Below, in pieces: positions 25,786-36,465 of a DNA stretch of 64,000 bases. The stretch lies in NCBI RefSeq assembly GCF_003334305.1, contig NZ_QOWS01000018.1. One strand, 5' to 3'. Source of the DNA: Escherichia coli (GTDB lineage Bacteria > Pseudomonadota > Gammaproteobacteria > Enterobacterales > Enterobacteriaceae). The position numbers were made by a program, and so were the translations under genes. Each line of letters begins with the position of its first letter. Within the stretch, counting starts at the first letter, position 1. A model generated the notes under the pieces. The model had not been told where the DNA came from, did no database searches, and worked only from the letters and a program-made list of their open reading frames with translations.

Positions 25786-25831
25786 GTCTAATGCGTAGAC
25801 CGGAAAAGGCGTTCACGCCGCATCCGGCCAC
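25786..25831. repeat. REP element downstream of appA / etk
   Basis: The complement reads GTGGCCGGATGCGGCGTGAACGCCTTTTCCGGTCTACGCATTAGAC, matching the REP consensus. It is preceded by the appA terminator hairpin GAGCATTCAG/CTGAATGCTC (25737-25760). Confidence 0.8.
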
Positions 25832-25839
25832 TTTCAGTT

Positions 25840-28020
25840 TTACTCTTTCTCGGAGTAACTATAACCGTAATAGTTATAGCCGTAACTGTAAGCGGTGCTG
25901 GCGCGTTTAATCACACCATTGAGGATAGCGCCTTTAATATTGACGCCTGCCTGTTCCAGACGCTGCATTGACAAACTCACCTCTTTGGCGGTGTTCAAGC
26001 CAAAACGCGCAACCAGCAGGCTGGTGCCAACAGAACGCCCCACGACCGCGGCATCACTCACCGCCAGCATCGGCGGCGTATCGACAATCACCAGATCGTA
26101 ATGGTCGTTCGCCCATTCCAGTAATTGACGCATCCGATCGCGCATCAGCAGTTCAGACGGGTTAGGTGGCACCTGACCGCGAGTAATCACATCAAAGCCT
26201 CCTTTGCCAAAATGCTGGATCACTTTGTTGAGCTCATCTTTACCTGCCAGATATTCCGACAAGCCATGTTCATTACTCACGGTAAACAGGTTATGCGAAT
26301 AACCACGGCGTAAGTCGGCATCAATAAATAACACTTTTTGATCGGACTGGGCGATCACCGCTGCCAGAGTTGAACTGACAAACGTTTTACCACTGTCTGG
26401 CGTCGCACTGGTGATCATCAGAATGTTATTCTCCGTCTCCATCATAGCGAAATGCAGACTGGTTCGTAGCGCACGTACGGCTTCCACAGCAGAATCCGCC
26501 GGGTTATCCACCGCCAGGAAGGGGATATTTTTAGTACGATGGCGCTGCTGATTAGAAAATAAATTTTTCTTACGCAGACGGGTGCGTTTATCCAGCCACT
26601 CGGACATTGGGATAGTGGCATAAACGCTGATGCCGTGCTCTTCCAGTTGTTCCGGGGCTTCTACACCACGACGCAACATCGCACGCGCCAGCACGGCACC
26701 CACAGAAATAAACAGGCCAAGAATAAAACCAAGCACCACATTCAACGCTTTTTTCGGTTTCACTGGCTGCGGCTGAGTGACTGCCGGGTCGATAATCCGC
26801 ACGTTACCAATGGCACTGGATTTCGAAATACTCAACTCCTGCTGGCGGTTAAGTAATTGCAGATATACCGCACGGCCCGCTTCTACGTCACGACTTAAAC
26901 GCAACACTTCCTGTTGGGTGGAAGGCATTGCCGATACCCGCTTATTCAGGCGTTTGCGTTCTTGCTCCAGCGTCTGGCGTTTTTCCAGCAGCGCACGATA
27001 AGTTGGGTGATCTTTCTTATACAGCTGGGAGATCTCTGCCTCGCGGAAGGTCAGCTCATTGAGTTGATTATCAACGTTCACAATCTGCTCAAGAACGGCT
27101 TTGGCTTCCAGGTTAAGGTCAACCGAATCGCGCTGCTGGCGATACACGTTGAGTTTTTCTTCCGCCTGGTCCAACTCGCTGCGCACTTCAGGTAACTGGC
27201 GCTGTAAGAATTCAAGGCTTTGTGAATCCTGCGCCGCCTGGCGAGCGATATTCTGTTGCAAATAGTTGTTAGCGATGCTGTTCAGAATACGAGTAATCAA
27301 CTGGGGATCATCACCAGTCATGGTAAGTTCCAGCATCCCGCTTTCTTTACTGCGTTCGCTAACGGTAAAGGTTTCCTGCAATGCGTTAATCGCTTCCAGT
27401 TCGGTACGCTGGCTCAGGACAAACTGTGTTCCTGGTTTGGCCTTAATGTCCGCGATAGTCAGCGCAACGCCATCTTTTTCCAGACGCTGGCCGACCATAC
27501 CATTGACGGTGAACTCTTCACCTTCCAGTGTATAGTGGCCGTTTTCCCCAACCGTGAGTGTCAGTTGCTGATCCTGACCATTCAGTTGTGGAATATGCAT
27601 CCAGCTGATCGCCAGCTCACCTGGTTTTTCTTTGGTTAATCTCGCCCAGCCGCGACCCACAATCGGAAAATACTTCTGCTCAACTATGTCGCGCAGATTC
27701 AGTTCAGCAATGGTTTTACCGAGAATCATGCGCGATTGCAGCAGTTGGATCTCCGGTGCAGACTCGGGCGATGAGTTAGGGATCATATCGCTCAGGCCGC
27801 TGAGAATGGCGTTGCCCTGTTTTTGCTCAACCTGGACCAGAGTATCTGCCTGATAAATTGGTGTACTTAACAGCGAGTAAGCGACAGCGATCAGCGTGAA
27901 TAACGCGGTCACGCTGATAATAAACTTACGGTGATCCCATAACTCGCCGACCAGACGAAGCAGATCGATCTCATTTTCCTGAGTGCTGCCTGGTGGCGTA
28001 TTCATATTTTTAGTTGTCAT
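25840..28020 (-). CDS. etk: BY-kinase (tyrosine autokinase) Etk
   Basis: 726-aa ORF with a Wzz-like N-terminal region, Walker A (ATPDSGKT) and a C-terminal Tyr cluster YSYGYNYYGYSYSEKE. Confidence 0.95.
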   Translation of the reverse strand: MTTKNMNTPPGSTQENEIDLLRLVGELWDHRKFIISVTALFTLIAVAYSLLSTPIYQADTLVQVEQKQGNAILSGLSDMIPNSSPESAPEIQLLQSRMILGKTIAELNLRDIVEQKYFPIVGRGWARLTKEKPGELAISWMHIPQLNGQDQQLTLTVGENGHYTLEGEEFTVNGMVGQRLEKDGVALTIADIKAKPGTQFVLSQRTELEAINALQETFTVSERSKESGMLELTMTGDDPQLITRILNSIANNYLQQNIARQAAQDSQSLEFLQRQLPEVRSELDQAEEKLNVYRQQRDSVDLNLEAKAVLEQIVNVDNQLNELTFREAEISQLYKKDHPTYRALLEKRQTLEQERKRLNKRVSAMPSTQQEVLRLSRDVEAGRAVYLQLLNRQQELSISKSSAIGNVRIIDPAVTQPQPVKPKKALNVVLGFILGLFISVGAVLARAMLRRGVEAPEQLEEHGISVYATIPMSEWLDKRTRLRKKNLFSNQQRHRTKNIPFLAVDNPADSAVEAVRALRTSLHFAMMETENNILMITSATPDSGKTFVSSTLAAVIAQSDQKVLFIDADLRRGYSHNLFTVSNEHGLSEYLAGKDELNKVIQHFGKGGFDVITRGQVPPNPSELLMRDRMRQLLEWANDHYDLVIVDTPPMLAVSDAAVVGRSVGTSLLVARFGLNTAKEVSLSMQRLEQAGVNIKGAILNGVIKRASTAYSYGYNYYGYSYSEKE

Positions 28021-28039
28021 CGTATTTTATAAACTCAAA

Positions 28040-28486
28040 TTACCGGCTGAGGCGCTTCGCCCATTCCTGACTGGCGCGCTCCAACATACCGTAGACATGT
28101 TCAAATGCGTCCTGACTTTTACGATAGGGATCCGGGATCTCTTTCTGTTCCAGCCATTGCCCAAACAGCATTGTCTTCCCGCGGACCTCGGGAGCGATTG
28201 CGGTAACCTGAGCAATATGCTCTGACTCCATTGCCAGAATCAGATCGTAATTTCGTGCCATCTCAGCAGTGAGCTTACGTCCGGCATGTCCTTCAAGAGA
28301 TACGCCATGATTAGCGGCAACATCTGCTGCTGTCGCATCTGCAGGGTGTTTTACCAGACCATGAACACCTGCCGATTTGACTTTTACGCCTGGCAGACGT
28401 TTACGCAGCAAGCGCTCGCCAATGGGCGAACGGCAAATGTTGCCGGTACAAACCACCAGGATTGAGTTAAATTTTAGTTGGGCCAT
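28040..28486 (-). CDS. etp: Low-molecular-weight phosphotyrosine phosphatase Etp
   Basis: 148-aa [21 protein letters not shown] (CX5R(S/T) LMW-PTP motif). Start trimmed four codons from the track ORF. Confidence 0.94.
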
Positions 28487-29613
28487 GTTTGAATCCACCG
28501 TGAAGTCTCTGTCAGGTCATGCACCCCGGAAATCGTCGGTACCAGCAGAGAAATCACACGGTTCCAACGAGCCAGCGGCGCAGTAGTGACATAAACAATG
28601 TCGTAAGGTTCAAGCTGGAATTCCGTTCCGAGTATCATTGCCGATGCGTCCTTCGCATTCAGCTGATAAATATTGGCGATTTTGCCATTCTGCTTGTTTT
28701 GCGTTGCACGAATAACAAAAATCCCCGTCGCATCAGCGACATCCTGATTCATACCCTCAGCGTTACCCAGCGCTTCCGCCAGGGTCATACCGCTGCGGTC
28801 CATTTTCAGCGTGCTCTGTTTACCCACTTCACCCATCACGAAGACTTTCAGATCATCGTTGCGCGGAATAAATAAAATATCGCCCGGGTGCAGCAGTTTG
28901 TTCTGGCGCAAGTCGCCACGCTGCATCAGCGCATAGAGGTTCACTTTGGTCTTTACGCCATTCTGGGTGAGCACCACGTTGCGCCAGTCTGCATCTGCGG
29001 TCAGACCGCCCGCGGCGTTAATCGCATCCATGATGGTCAGAGGAATATTGGTAATCGGCTGCTGACCCGATTTGCTGACTTCGCCGGTGACGTACGCTTT
29101 TTGCGAGCGGAACGCCGCGACGCTGACATCGACTTGCGGGCTTTCAATGACTGAATCCAGACGCGCTGTAATCTCGTTGCGTACCTGGGTAAGTGTTTTC
29201 CCGGCCACTTTCAGGCGACCAATATAGGGGTAGAAAATCGCACCATCGGCGTTAACCCAGTTGCCGGTATCACTGGCGCTACGGTATTGCCCTGCGGGGG
29301 TGGTTAGTTCCGGGTGATCCCAGACCGTAACCATCAACACATCCCCAATGCCGATACGATATTCATAGTTTGCGATTTGCTGCTCCAGCTCCGGGTTAGC
29401 CTGCGACATAATCGGTTTGGCGCGCAACTGATCAATCAATCCTGGCGTGACGGGATAGATATTGACCATTTTGTCCAGGTCATACTGATTGTCAGGTAGT
29501 TCAATGACATCCTTGTTACTGGTCGATAAATTCTGACCAGGAACAAGGGTACATGCTGTCAAAGACAGAACAGCCAATGTCAGTACCGAAAACTTAAAAA
29601 TGTTCTTTTTCAT
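28474..29613 (-). CDS. gfcE: Wza-like outer membrane polysaccharide export lipoprotein GfcE
   Basis: 379-aa [21 protein letters not shown] lipobox. Recognised as GfcE/YccZ. Confidence 0.93.
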
Positions 29614-29658
29614 TGGTTTATATTTATCAGTCAATGTAATGTTATGAATTACGTCAGG

Positions 29659-31755
29659 TTATTGTCCAACCGGTACTTCTCGCTCTGCCGTCATTGGATA
29701 GAGCTGGTATTTGCGTGACAGCATTTGTCCACCATCACGCGTCAATGGTGTCCACGAAACCACCGCGCGGTTGCGGTTAGGTCCAATGGTCATCAAGTCG
29801 AATGGAATCGAGATATAAAAACCTTTACTAAAGCCGCCTTCGCCGTAGTCATCTTTAGATACGTTACTGATTGCCGCCCATACCCCTACCGCCACGCCGC
29901 TGTCAAAGCGTTTGGCGACGTCGATCGTTGCGCCTTTATCTTTTGCCAGATATTGCCCAACGCTAAGTTTCATCAGTACGCCATTGAGCGTCGGCGGGTT
30001 CCAGTAAGCCGTCACGAAACCTGTTGGCGTGGAATAATCGGTGAAACGCATCATGTTGTCCCAGTCACGTTGCTTCACGTAGTTAACGTCCACACCCAGC
30101 GCCCAGCTGGCATCTAGCGGGCGATAAAGCAGCTCGGAACCGACACCGGCGTACATCGTTTCCAGATAACCGCCATACACCTGGCCATAGAAACCATTGC
30201 CTAAGTCGGCAAAGTAGTTCGCCTGCAAGTTGTTGAGATAAACGTCATTGCGAACGTAATCACGGATATGCGTGCGCACGCGGGGCAGGGTAGAGTCCGC
30301 GGGCAACAGCGAAGACTTAAACTTGTCGTAGTTGTTGTAAATATTGGTGAAAATACCGCCATCAAGCAGCAGGTGGTCGGTAAACCAGTAGCGGGCACTG
30401 GACATCAGCCCCAGCTGGAACATATAGAAATCTTCCGGGCCGCCCAGCGACTGTGAAAGTGTTGGGTTGAAAGAGTAGCTAAAGCGATCTTCACGAATAC
30501 GGTAGCCCCGACCAAAGGCAGAAAGATCTTCTGCTTCAACACGTTGTTGTTGAAGTTGCTCTGATTGACCAGGCGCTGTACCAGCCAGCTGTTTGCGCAG
30601 GCTGGCTACGTCGGTTTCGGTAGTCACCATCGCCATATGCTCGCGCTTTTGCGTCACGCTAATCTTCTCAACGCCTTGCGGCAGGTTATTCACCAGAATC
30701 CGGTTGGCACGATCGACCGCTTCGCGAGAATCACGGTATTTGTATTGTTGACCAGACATATACAGCGTCTTATCGCGCAGCTGAATTTCCGGTGCTTCAA
30801 AACCTGCGTTGTACTTCAGCGCGGTAAGTTGGTTCGCTACTGTGGTGTACTGCAATCCTTCAGATTCAGGCGCAGGTTGATATGCCGGTTTTGGCGTATC
30901 GCGCAGGGCAGGGCGCAGATCGTTGAAATTGGTCCGTAACGTGAAGCCAAACATCAACGTGTTACCGCGTTCATAACTCAGGTTGAGATCTGCCCAGCTG
31001 GCAGCGCGATAAACTGCGCCGACGTTGAAATGGCTTGCCTGAGGCAGTTTGCCAGCGAAATCATTCTGGTAATTGTTGCCATCGTATTCGAGTTTCAGAC
31101 GCAGGGGATTCCACGGCGTTTGATACTCAATGCCGCCAAAGATGGAAGCCGGGCCACGAAAGATATCGCTAAAGCTGATATCGCCCGCATCGTGAGACTC
31201 TGCGCGATGACAATATTTATCGCTCACCCGGCAAAACGGGTTGGTAATATTGCCCGCATTACCGGCGTAGCCCCATGCCATCCCGAGGGTGAAATCAAAT
31301 GGCCCCGCTTGCTTGCTGGCCACCAGATACTCACCGTCAAACAGACCCGTACCAGCAATATCACGTTTACCAAACGCCACTTGCGGTAGCCAGTAACCTT
31401 CTTCCCACAGGCGAAGTTTAAAATCGAATGATTTGTCTTTGTATGACTGATCGCCGCTGAAATCTTCCCACTGGCTATATTTGCGTGTGCGCACATCCGT
31501 ATAACGAATGGTGCCTTCCAGCCATGGGAACAGCGCCACGGAGGTGGAGTAGAACCGGTATTGATCGTTATCCCGGTAGTTGACGCTGAATTCACCTTCC
31601 GGTGCGATGCGCGCATTTGGCATCTGCAACAATCCTGTGCCGCCAAAGTCTGATTGCGACGAACCCAGCGGATCCGGGTAGGTTAATACTTCAGCATGAC
31701 AGGCACTGGAGACGGCAATGGCCAGGCAGCTTAAAAGATAAGAATTCTTCTTCAT
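29659..31755 (-). CDS. gfcD: Group 4 capsule outer membrane protein GfcD
   Basis: 698-aa ORF with a signal peptide. Recognised as GfcD/YmcA. Confidence 0.92.
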   Translation of the reverse strand: MKKNSYLLSCLAIAVSSACHAEVLTYPDPLGSSQSDFGGTGLLQMPNARIAPEGEFSVNYRDNDQYRFYSTSVALFPWLEGTIRYTDVRTRKYSQWEDFSGDQSYKDKSFDFKLRLWEEGYWLPQVAFGKRDIAGTGLFDGEYLVASKQAGPFDFTLGMAWGYAGNAGNITNPFCRVSDKYCHRAESHDAGDISFSDIFRGPASIFGGIEYQTPWNPLRLKLEYDGNNYQNDFAGKLPQASHFNVGAVYRAASWADLNLSYERGNTLMFGFTLRTNFNDLRPALRDTPKPAYQPAPESEGLQYTTVANQLTALKYNAGFEAPEIQLRDKTLYMSGQQYKYRDSREAVDRANRILVNNLPQGVEKISVTQKREHMAMVTTETDVASLRKQLAGTAPGQSEQLQQQRVEAEDLSAFGRGYRIREDRFSYSFNPTLSQSLGGPEDFYMFQLGLMSSARYWFTDHLLLDGGIFTNIYNNYDKFKSSLLPADSTLPRVRTHIRDYVRNDVYLNNLQANYFADLGNGFYGQVYGGYLETMYAGVGSELLYRPLDASWALGVDVNYVKQRDWDNMMRFTDYSTPTGFVTAYWNPPTLNGVLMKLSVGQYLAKDKGATIDVAKRFDSGVAVGVWAAISNVSKDDYGEGGFSKGFYISIPFDLMTIGPNRNRAVVSWTPLTRDGGQMLSRKYQLYPMTAEREVPVGQ

Positions 31756-32501
31756 CAGTCAGGAACACGTTGCGTTAAAACAGACACAATCTGGTCATTT
31801 AAATCAGCATATTTTTCGGGCAGTACATGCGCAGAAAAGCCCAACCAAAGCTGGCTGCCAGGCGGTGGTTCCACATGTCTTTTATTCCACAGGGCAACAG
31901 GGGCGACGACAGTCTCACCCTCAGGCGTAATCACCATAACGTTATTCTTGTCCGCGCCTGCAAGGCGGGGGTGATCTTGCAGATAATCGGTAACGCTACG
32001 GCCTGCCTGCCAGGGCAATTGCCCGGCCCCAGAAACCGCACCCAGCAGAGTAATAGTCACCGGACGCTGTACGGTATAGAGCGTATAGTCCCCGACCAAC
32101 GGGGGATTGCTGTTCTCATCCACTCGTACAAAATCAGGGTCCAGTTTGACCGGTAAGCGACCAGTGATATTGAGATTGAGTAACTGCTGGCGCACGGATT
32201 TAATCGTTGCCGCCACATCGTCGTCAGCTTCTGCTTCCCAGGAAGCAAGCTGTGCCATGACATGTTGGTAGTCTTTAAGCGCTTTAGCTTTCGCCGCAGA
32301 GTCGGTCAGCAAGGCACCAGGCCACCAGAGGCGATCGCGCAGTTGCGGTTGTGTCACCAACTGGACAACATTTTCCATGGGGCCAACGGAAAGTGTCTGT
32401 TGTTCGCCAGGCAGATAAATAGTCACCGTTCCTTGCGCAAAGGCATGGGGTGTCATTACGTAAAGTACGCTGGCAATGAAATACGACTGTAATTTATTCA
32501 T
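31755..32501 (-). CDS. gfcC: Group 4 capsule periplasmic protein GfcC
   Basis: 248-aa [25 protein letters not shown] with a signal peptide, in operon position. Confidence 0.92.
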   Translation of the reverse strand: MNKLQSYFIASVLYVMTPHAFAQGTVTIYLPGEQQTLSVGPMENVVQLVTQPQLRDRLWWPGALLTDSAAKAKALKDYQHVMAQLASWEAEADDDVAATIKSVRQQLLNLNITGRLPVKLDPDFVRVDENSNPPLVGDYTLYTVQRPVTITLLGAVSGAGQLPWQAGRSVTDYLQDHPRLAGADKNNVMVITPEGETVVAPVALWNKRHVEPPPGSQLWLGFSAHVLPEKYADLNDQIVSVLTQRVPD

Positions 32502-33142
32502 GGTGCGGGTTTAAGAAACGTCATTTCTACGGGAATAACCCCTGCGCCTAACATTTGCCGACTTTGACGAACCTGGCCAGTAGCCGAATCGACCCAGAAT
32601 GTGTTTTGCCACTGTTTTTCTGGCCGCGTGGAAGTCACCTCTTCCTGCCAGACATTACACAGCACATTGCGACCCGCAATATTCAGCGTCTCTAATCCAG
32701 CAAAGGAAAAAGTAGAACTCAGGGTCGCAGAGCGAAAATGGTTGTCTTCACTCCAGAGAATATCGCGCGTCCAGCGGCTGCCATCTTTTATTGCCAGCGC
32801 GTTACGCAGAGGGTCCTGCCCGGAATTTGTCACTTCCAGCAGATTATTATTAAGTTTGACGGTTTTTAAAAGACGTCCATTGTGGGTAACCAGCATGGCG
32901 TTATCCTGGGATAACCATTTGCTTTGTTCTTGTTCTATATATCCCAGTACCACAAAGATTCGTTGCCCTTCATTAAGGCGTAAATACATAGTGGAATAAG
33001 GCAACGCCTGGATCTGCTGATCCGCTACGGTGATATCCTGATTATCGAAAAGGCTGGCGCGAAATGTATCGACCATACTTTGCTGGCTGTGCGTACATCC
33101 CGCAAGAAATAGTGCGAAAATCGATAAAATAAGAGGGCGCAC
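32498..33142 (-). CDS. gfcB: Group 4 capsule lipoprotein GfcB
   Basis: 214-aa ORF MRPLILSIFALFLAGC with a lipobox, coupled to gfcC. Confidence 0.92.
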   Translation of the reverse strand: MRPLILSIFALFLAGCTHSQQSMVDTFRASLFDNQDITVADQQIQALPYSTMYLRLNEGQRIFVVLGYIEQEQSKWLSQDNAMLVTHNGRLLKTVKLNNNLLEVTNSGQDPLRNALAIKDGSRWTRDILWSEDNHFRSATLSSTFSFAGLETLNIAGRNVLCNVWQEEVTSTRPEKQWQNTFWVDSATGQVRQSRQMLGAGVIPVEMTFLKPAP

Positions 33143-33248
33143 CTTTAATCCTTGAAAGGTTAATTAAAAAAATGCAAATCTCTAAAGCCCGGTACGAATA
33201 TCGCAACCGGGTATCATTTAACTTTAATTTCGACGCGTTAAAGCAGTA

Positions 33249-33554
33249 TTAGCGTGTAGTGGACGTGGTGGTTGAGGTGTTATGAGAACCGCCATCGCCA
33301 CTGTCATTTGCTGCAACAACTGCCAACGTCGCCACACCAACAGCCGTTGCCACACCGACAACTGTCGCCGTGCCGACAGCGCCAGCAGCCACGCCACCAG
33401 TGGTAGTAGCAGTCGTGGTTGCGCCGGTAGTGGTCGTTGTGGTGCCAGTAGTACCCGTCGTTGCCTCGGTCCCGTTTGTTGCTTCAGGGGCAGCAAACGC
33501 AGCTGGCGTCGTCAACATGAAGGCCATAAGGATTGCAGAAAGCTTGTGTTTCAT
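33249..33554 (-). CDS. gfcA: Thr/Gly/Ala-rich small protein GfcA
   Basis: 101-aa MKHKLSAILMAFMLTTPAAFA followed by a low-complexity T/G/A-rich tail. Start trimmed six codons. Confidence 0.9.
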   Translation of the reverse strand: MKHKLSAILMAFMLTTPAAFAAPEATNGTEATTGTTGTTTTTTGATTTATTTGGVAAGAVGTATVVGVATAVGVATLAVVAANDSGDGGSHNTSTTTSTTR

Positions 33555-33995
33555 AACTTTTCCTTTATTCATCGCATGGACAATACGTACGCTTGAGATC
33601 AGGATTGTCTACTTTGAGTATAACATCCTTGTGAAATCTCCCTTTCCTCATACCGCTTGCACTATATACTGCGGGTAGGAAAGGCGCGCAGAGGGAAATA
33701 TAAGATTGTTAACTATCCCCCTCTGGAAATACGACTTGTGAGCATAAGATAAATCTTAGCAAAATACAAATTAAAGATAAGGAAATTGTTACGAAAGCTA
33801 TTAATTATTGTTGGTAATATAGTTTCAAGTGGTACTATAACTGGCTGTTAAATGGCATTTATAACTATTAGGTGCAGAGATATTCGCTTAAATGGATTAG
33901 TTTCTTTGTGGAAAAGTAACTGATGTTATAATGTATGGTGTTGACTATTGCACTATTCCAATAAAACCAGTCAGCTTTAAACAAGCAGCGTCATA

Positions 33996-34208
33996 TTAAG
34001 AGAGATAAACATTTGCCGCTGTTGGTCCTCGCAGGCCATTTACGCGGCAAAATTCCACACGTAATCCTGGTATAAGCACTTCTGCGTCGCGGGGAGTGAA
34101 TGCGGAAATATGGACCTGAACTTCTTTACGACCGTCGGAGGGGATAATGAATCCTTTGCCGCTTTTGCGATCAAAGGTTTTGACAATTCCTGTCATTTTA
34201 CGGGACAA
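33996..34208 (-). CDS. cspH: Cold-shock-like protein CspH
   Basis: 70-aa [36 protein letters not shown] with a CSD fold signature. Confidence 0.94.
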
Positions 34209-34493
34209 ACAAATTCCTTACTGAAAATACTGCGCTGCACTATACGGGGTTAATAAAATAAAGCCAGCGATATTTAAGACCGCCGGACGGCTAAAATAAA
34301 ATTTGCTTAATCTCAATTATCATGCGTTAATAGCTGCGTCGGTTTGAAAGACAGACAGCATACAAAGTAGTTTACTAAAGCAGTTCTCATTATCAGGCAT
34401 TATCCCCTTCTTTTGAGTCTCTCTCCTGAACACTAAGTAGTTTCTGTATTAAAGCCCTGTTTGCCGAAAGGCCCAAAATGAAGGAAGTAAAAT

Positions 34494-34706
34494 ATGTCTA
34501 ATAAAATGACTGGTTTAGTAAAATGGTTTAACGCAGATAAAGGTTTTGGCTTTATCACTCCTGATGATGGCAGCAAAGACGTTTTCGTCCATTTCACTGC
34601 CATCCAGAGCAATGAATTCCGCACGCTGAACGAAAATCAGAAAGTTGAATTTTCTATTGAGCAGGGGCAACGTGGCCCCGCGGCAGCGAACGTTGTTACG
34701 CTCTAA
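34494..34706 (+). CDS. cspG: Cold-shock protein CspG
   Basis: 70-aa [38 protein letters not shown] with RNP1/RNP2 motifs. Confidence 0.96.
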   Translation: MSNKMTGLVKWFNADKGFGFITPDDGSKDVFVHFTAIQSNEFRTLNENQKVEFSIEQGQRGPAAANVVTL

Positions 34707-34905
34707 GGTTGCCGTTATTACTCAACATCTCCATTTCCGCTGTCCATGTTGTCATGGTTCACAGTACCGTACATCGGCATTCGATGTGACGGAGCGAAAC
34801 CCTTTGGGCGCTAAGTGTATTTTTTGTAAATCGACGATGATCACCTTTGATAACGTCGCGCTGCAAATATGCACGGACCATGCGCCGCTGGATTTCACAA
34901 AATAA
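34645..34905 (+). CDS. Small Cys-rich (CxxC...CxxC) zinc-ribbon-like ORF, start uncertain
   Basis: The track ORF contains [36 protein letters not shown]. The listed ATG lies inside cspG in another frame, and an in-frame TTG at 34693 is an alternative start. I vaguely recall a small annotated gene (ymcF) here in K-12 but cannot confirm it. Confidence 0.35.
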   Translation: MNFLLSRGNVAPRQRTLLRSKVAVITQHLHFRCPCCHGSQYRTSAFDVTERNPLGAKCIFCKSTMITFDNVALQICTDHAPLDFTK

Positions 34906-35110
34906 TATCAGGCTCCCTCGTGGAGCCTTTTTTATATCTGCCTTATTTTTCTTCAACGCTGTATGTATAGTAAGCGATAACCTGTTGATTATTGAATCTT
35001 TCGGGGAGATGGCTTATAACATTTCTTACCTGACCAGGGTACCGGGAACCAACACCTTACTGGCGTGTTGCTGTCTTTCAAGACCAGAAGAGGTTAACAG
35101 TGAATATTGA
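34880..35110 (+). CDS. ymcE: Small protein YmcE (Sfa)
   Basis: 76-aa [36 protein letters not shown]..., recognised. Start trimmed from the track ORF. Confidence 0.8.
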   Translation: MRRWISQNNIRLPRGAFFISALFFFNAVCIVSDNLLIIESFGEMAYNISYLTRVPGTNTLLACCCLSRPEEVNSEY

Positions 35111-35273
35111 AGAGTTAAAAAAACAAGCCGAAACGGAAATCGCCGACTTTATCGCGCAAAAAATCGCCGAGCTGAACAAGAATACAGGGAAAGAAGTCTC
35201 TGAAATTCGCTTCACCGCACGAGAAAAAATGACCGGGCTTGAAAGTTATGATGTCAAAATCAAAATAATGTGA
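35100..35273 (+). CDS. gnsA: GnsA (57 aa, secG-null suppressor family)
   Basis: Hand-translated from GTG: (M)NIEELKKQAETEIADFIAQKIAELNKNTGKEVSEIRFTAREKMTGLESYDVKIKIM. Below the track size cutoff. Confidence 0.85.
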   Translation: MNIEELKKQAETEIADFIAQKIAELNKNTGKEVSEIRFTAREKMTGLESYDVKIKIM

Positions 35274-35320
35274 TTTTGTGAACATCACCCGTGCGAGGTG
35301 ATGTTCCGCTTGTTGCTAAT

Positions 35321-36394
35321 TTAGTGACCAATCATTGGCGCTTGTGGAATTAAGCGTCGGTACAATTCATCCGGTACCGGGCTTTGCCATACTCCCGCAT
35401 ACATTGCGTAACCAATCACCGCAAACATAATCCCCAGAACCAGTAGCGTCATTAACCAGCCAGACAACGCAAAGGCTTTTTTATTTGCCGCAGGTTTTTG
35501 CAGTGAAAAGGTCAATGTTGAGGCTACCGGACATGACTCTACGCAAGTCATACAGCCGGTACATTCCACTGTTCGTACCTGAATTAATTTATCTACCGGG
35601 ATCCGTGATGGGCAATTTTTTGCGCATTTGCCACAGCCGATACAACTTTCGGCATTGCGACGAATCTTAAACGGCGATAATAGCGAAACCACGCCCATCA
35701 GCGCGCCATATGGGCAAAGATAACGACACCAGGCATGGCGAATAAACAGGCTGGCAATCAGCAAAACGGTCACGCTGATTAATGTCGCGGTCCCCATATG
35801 ACGAAAGAAATCGAGCATTTTTACGTCCATCACCACGCTGTAGGGCGACAACATAAAATAGTGAATCGCCTGAGCGGGCATCAATAACGCGATATAGAGA
35901 AAAAAACTCAACAGCAAATACTTCACGCCGCGCAGAGGAATATCCAGCCAGCGGGGAAGGACACATTGCCGACCAAACAGTTTGTTACCGAGATCGCCGA
36001 TTAATTCAGAAAGCGTACCAACCGGGCATAACCATGAGCAAAAGGCCTTTTTGAGTAATAGACTGATGACGATAAAAGCGACCAATAACAGCATCGCGGC
36101 GGCGTGGACGGACGGTAACTGACCTGTTGTAAGGCTATATTTCAGATTCATCAGACCGGCAATCGGTAGCCAGCCTTCGATACCTCCCGGTCTGGCGACA
36201 AATGTCGTGCTACTTGCCGTTTCGTAATAGCGCACCCAATACCAGAACGTGATGGCAATATAAATATTCATTGCCAACAGTAATAATTGCGTCGCTTTAC
36301 GCCAGGTCGTGGCATTGCGCCAGTCATTCCACGGTAATTTGCCGCCCGTCGTGCCTGGCCGCCGCTGCCAGCGGGTTCTTTTTTTCTCTGCCAT
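35321..36394 (-). CDS. yccM: Membrane 4Fe-4S ferredoxin-type protein YccM (NapH/MauN-like)
   Basis: 357-aa polytopic ORF with CxxCxxCxxxCP clusters (CIGCGKCAKNCP, CTGCMTCVESCP). Confidence 0.93.
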   Translation of the reverse strand: MAEKKRTRWQRRPGTTGGKLPWNDWRNATTWRKATQLLLLAMNIYIAITFWYWVRYYETASSTTFVARPGGIEGWLPIAGLMNLKYSLTTGQLPSVHAAAMLLLVAFIVISLLLKKAFCSWLCPVGTLSELIGDLGNKLFGRQCVLPRWLDIPLRGVKYLLLSFFLYIALLMPAQAIHYFMLSPYSVVMDVKMLDFFRHMGTATLISVTVLLIASLFIRHAWCRYLCPYGALMGVVSLLSPFKIRRNAESCIGCGKCAKNCPSRIPVDKLIQVRTVECTGCMTCVESCPVASTLTFSLQKPAANKKAFALSGWLMTLLVLGIMFAVIGYAMYAGVWQSPVPDELYRRLIPQAPMIGH

Positions 36395-36465
36395 GATTTT
36401 GCCAGTCCGTTAAGTTGCATACCAAATGCCACTATTCTAGTTGTTCTTAACTGGCTGATATTGAT

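Noticed and set aside
33224-33678. Several overlapping ORFs on both strands around gfcA (90, 104, 102 aa)
   Set aside because: They are generated by the low-complexity ACC/GGT-rich repeat encoding the Thr/Gly/Ala tail of GfcA. Only the frame with the signal peptide MKHKLSAILMAFMLTTPAAFA makes biological sense.
33555-33995. IS1 or another insertion sequence upstream of gfcA
   Set aside because: I looked for IS1 ends and insA/insB-like ORFs. None are present, and the interval is too short (441 bp). This is reported as a finding of absence instead.
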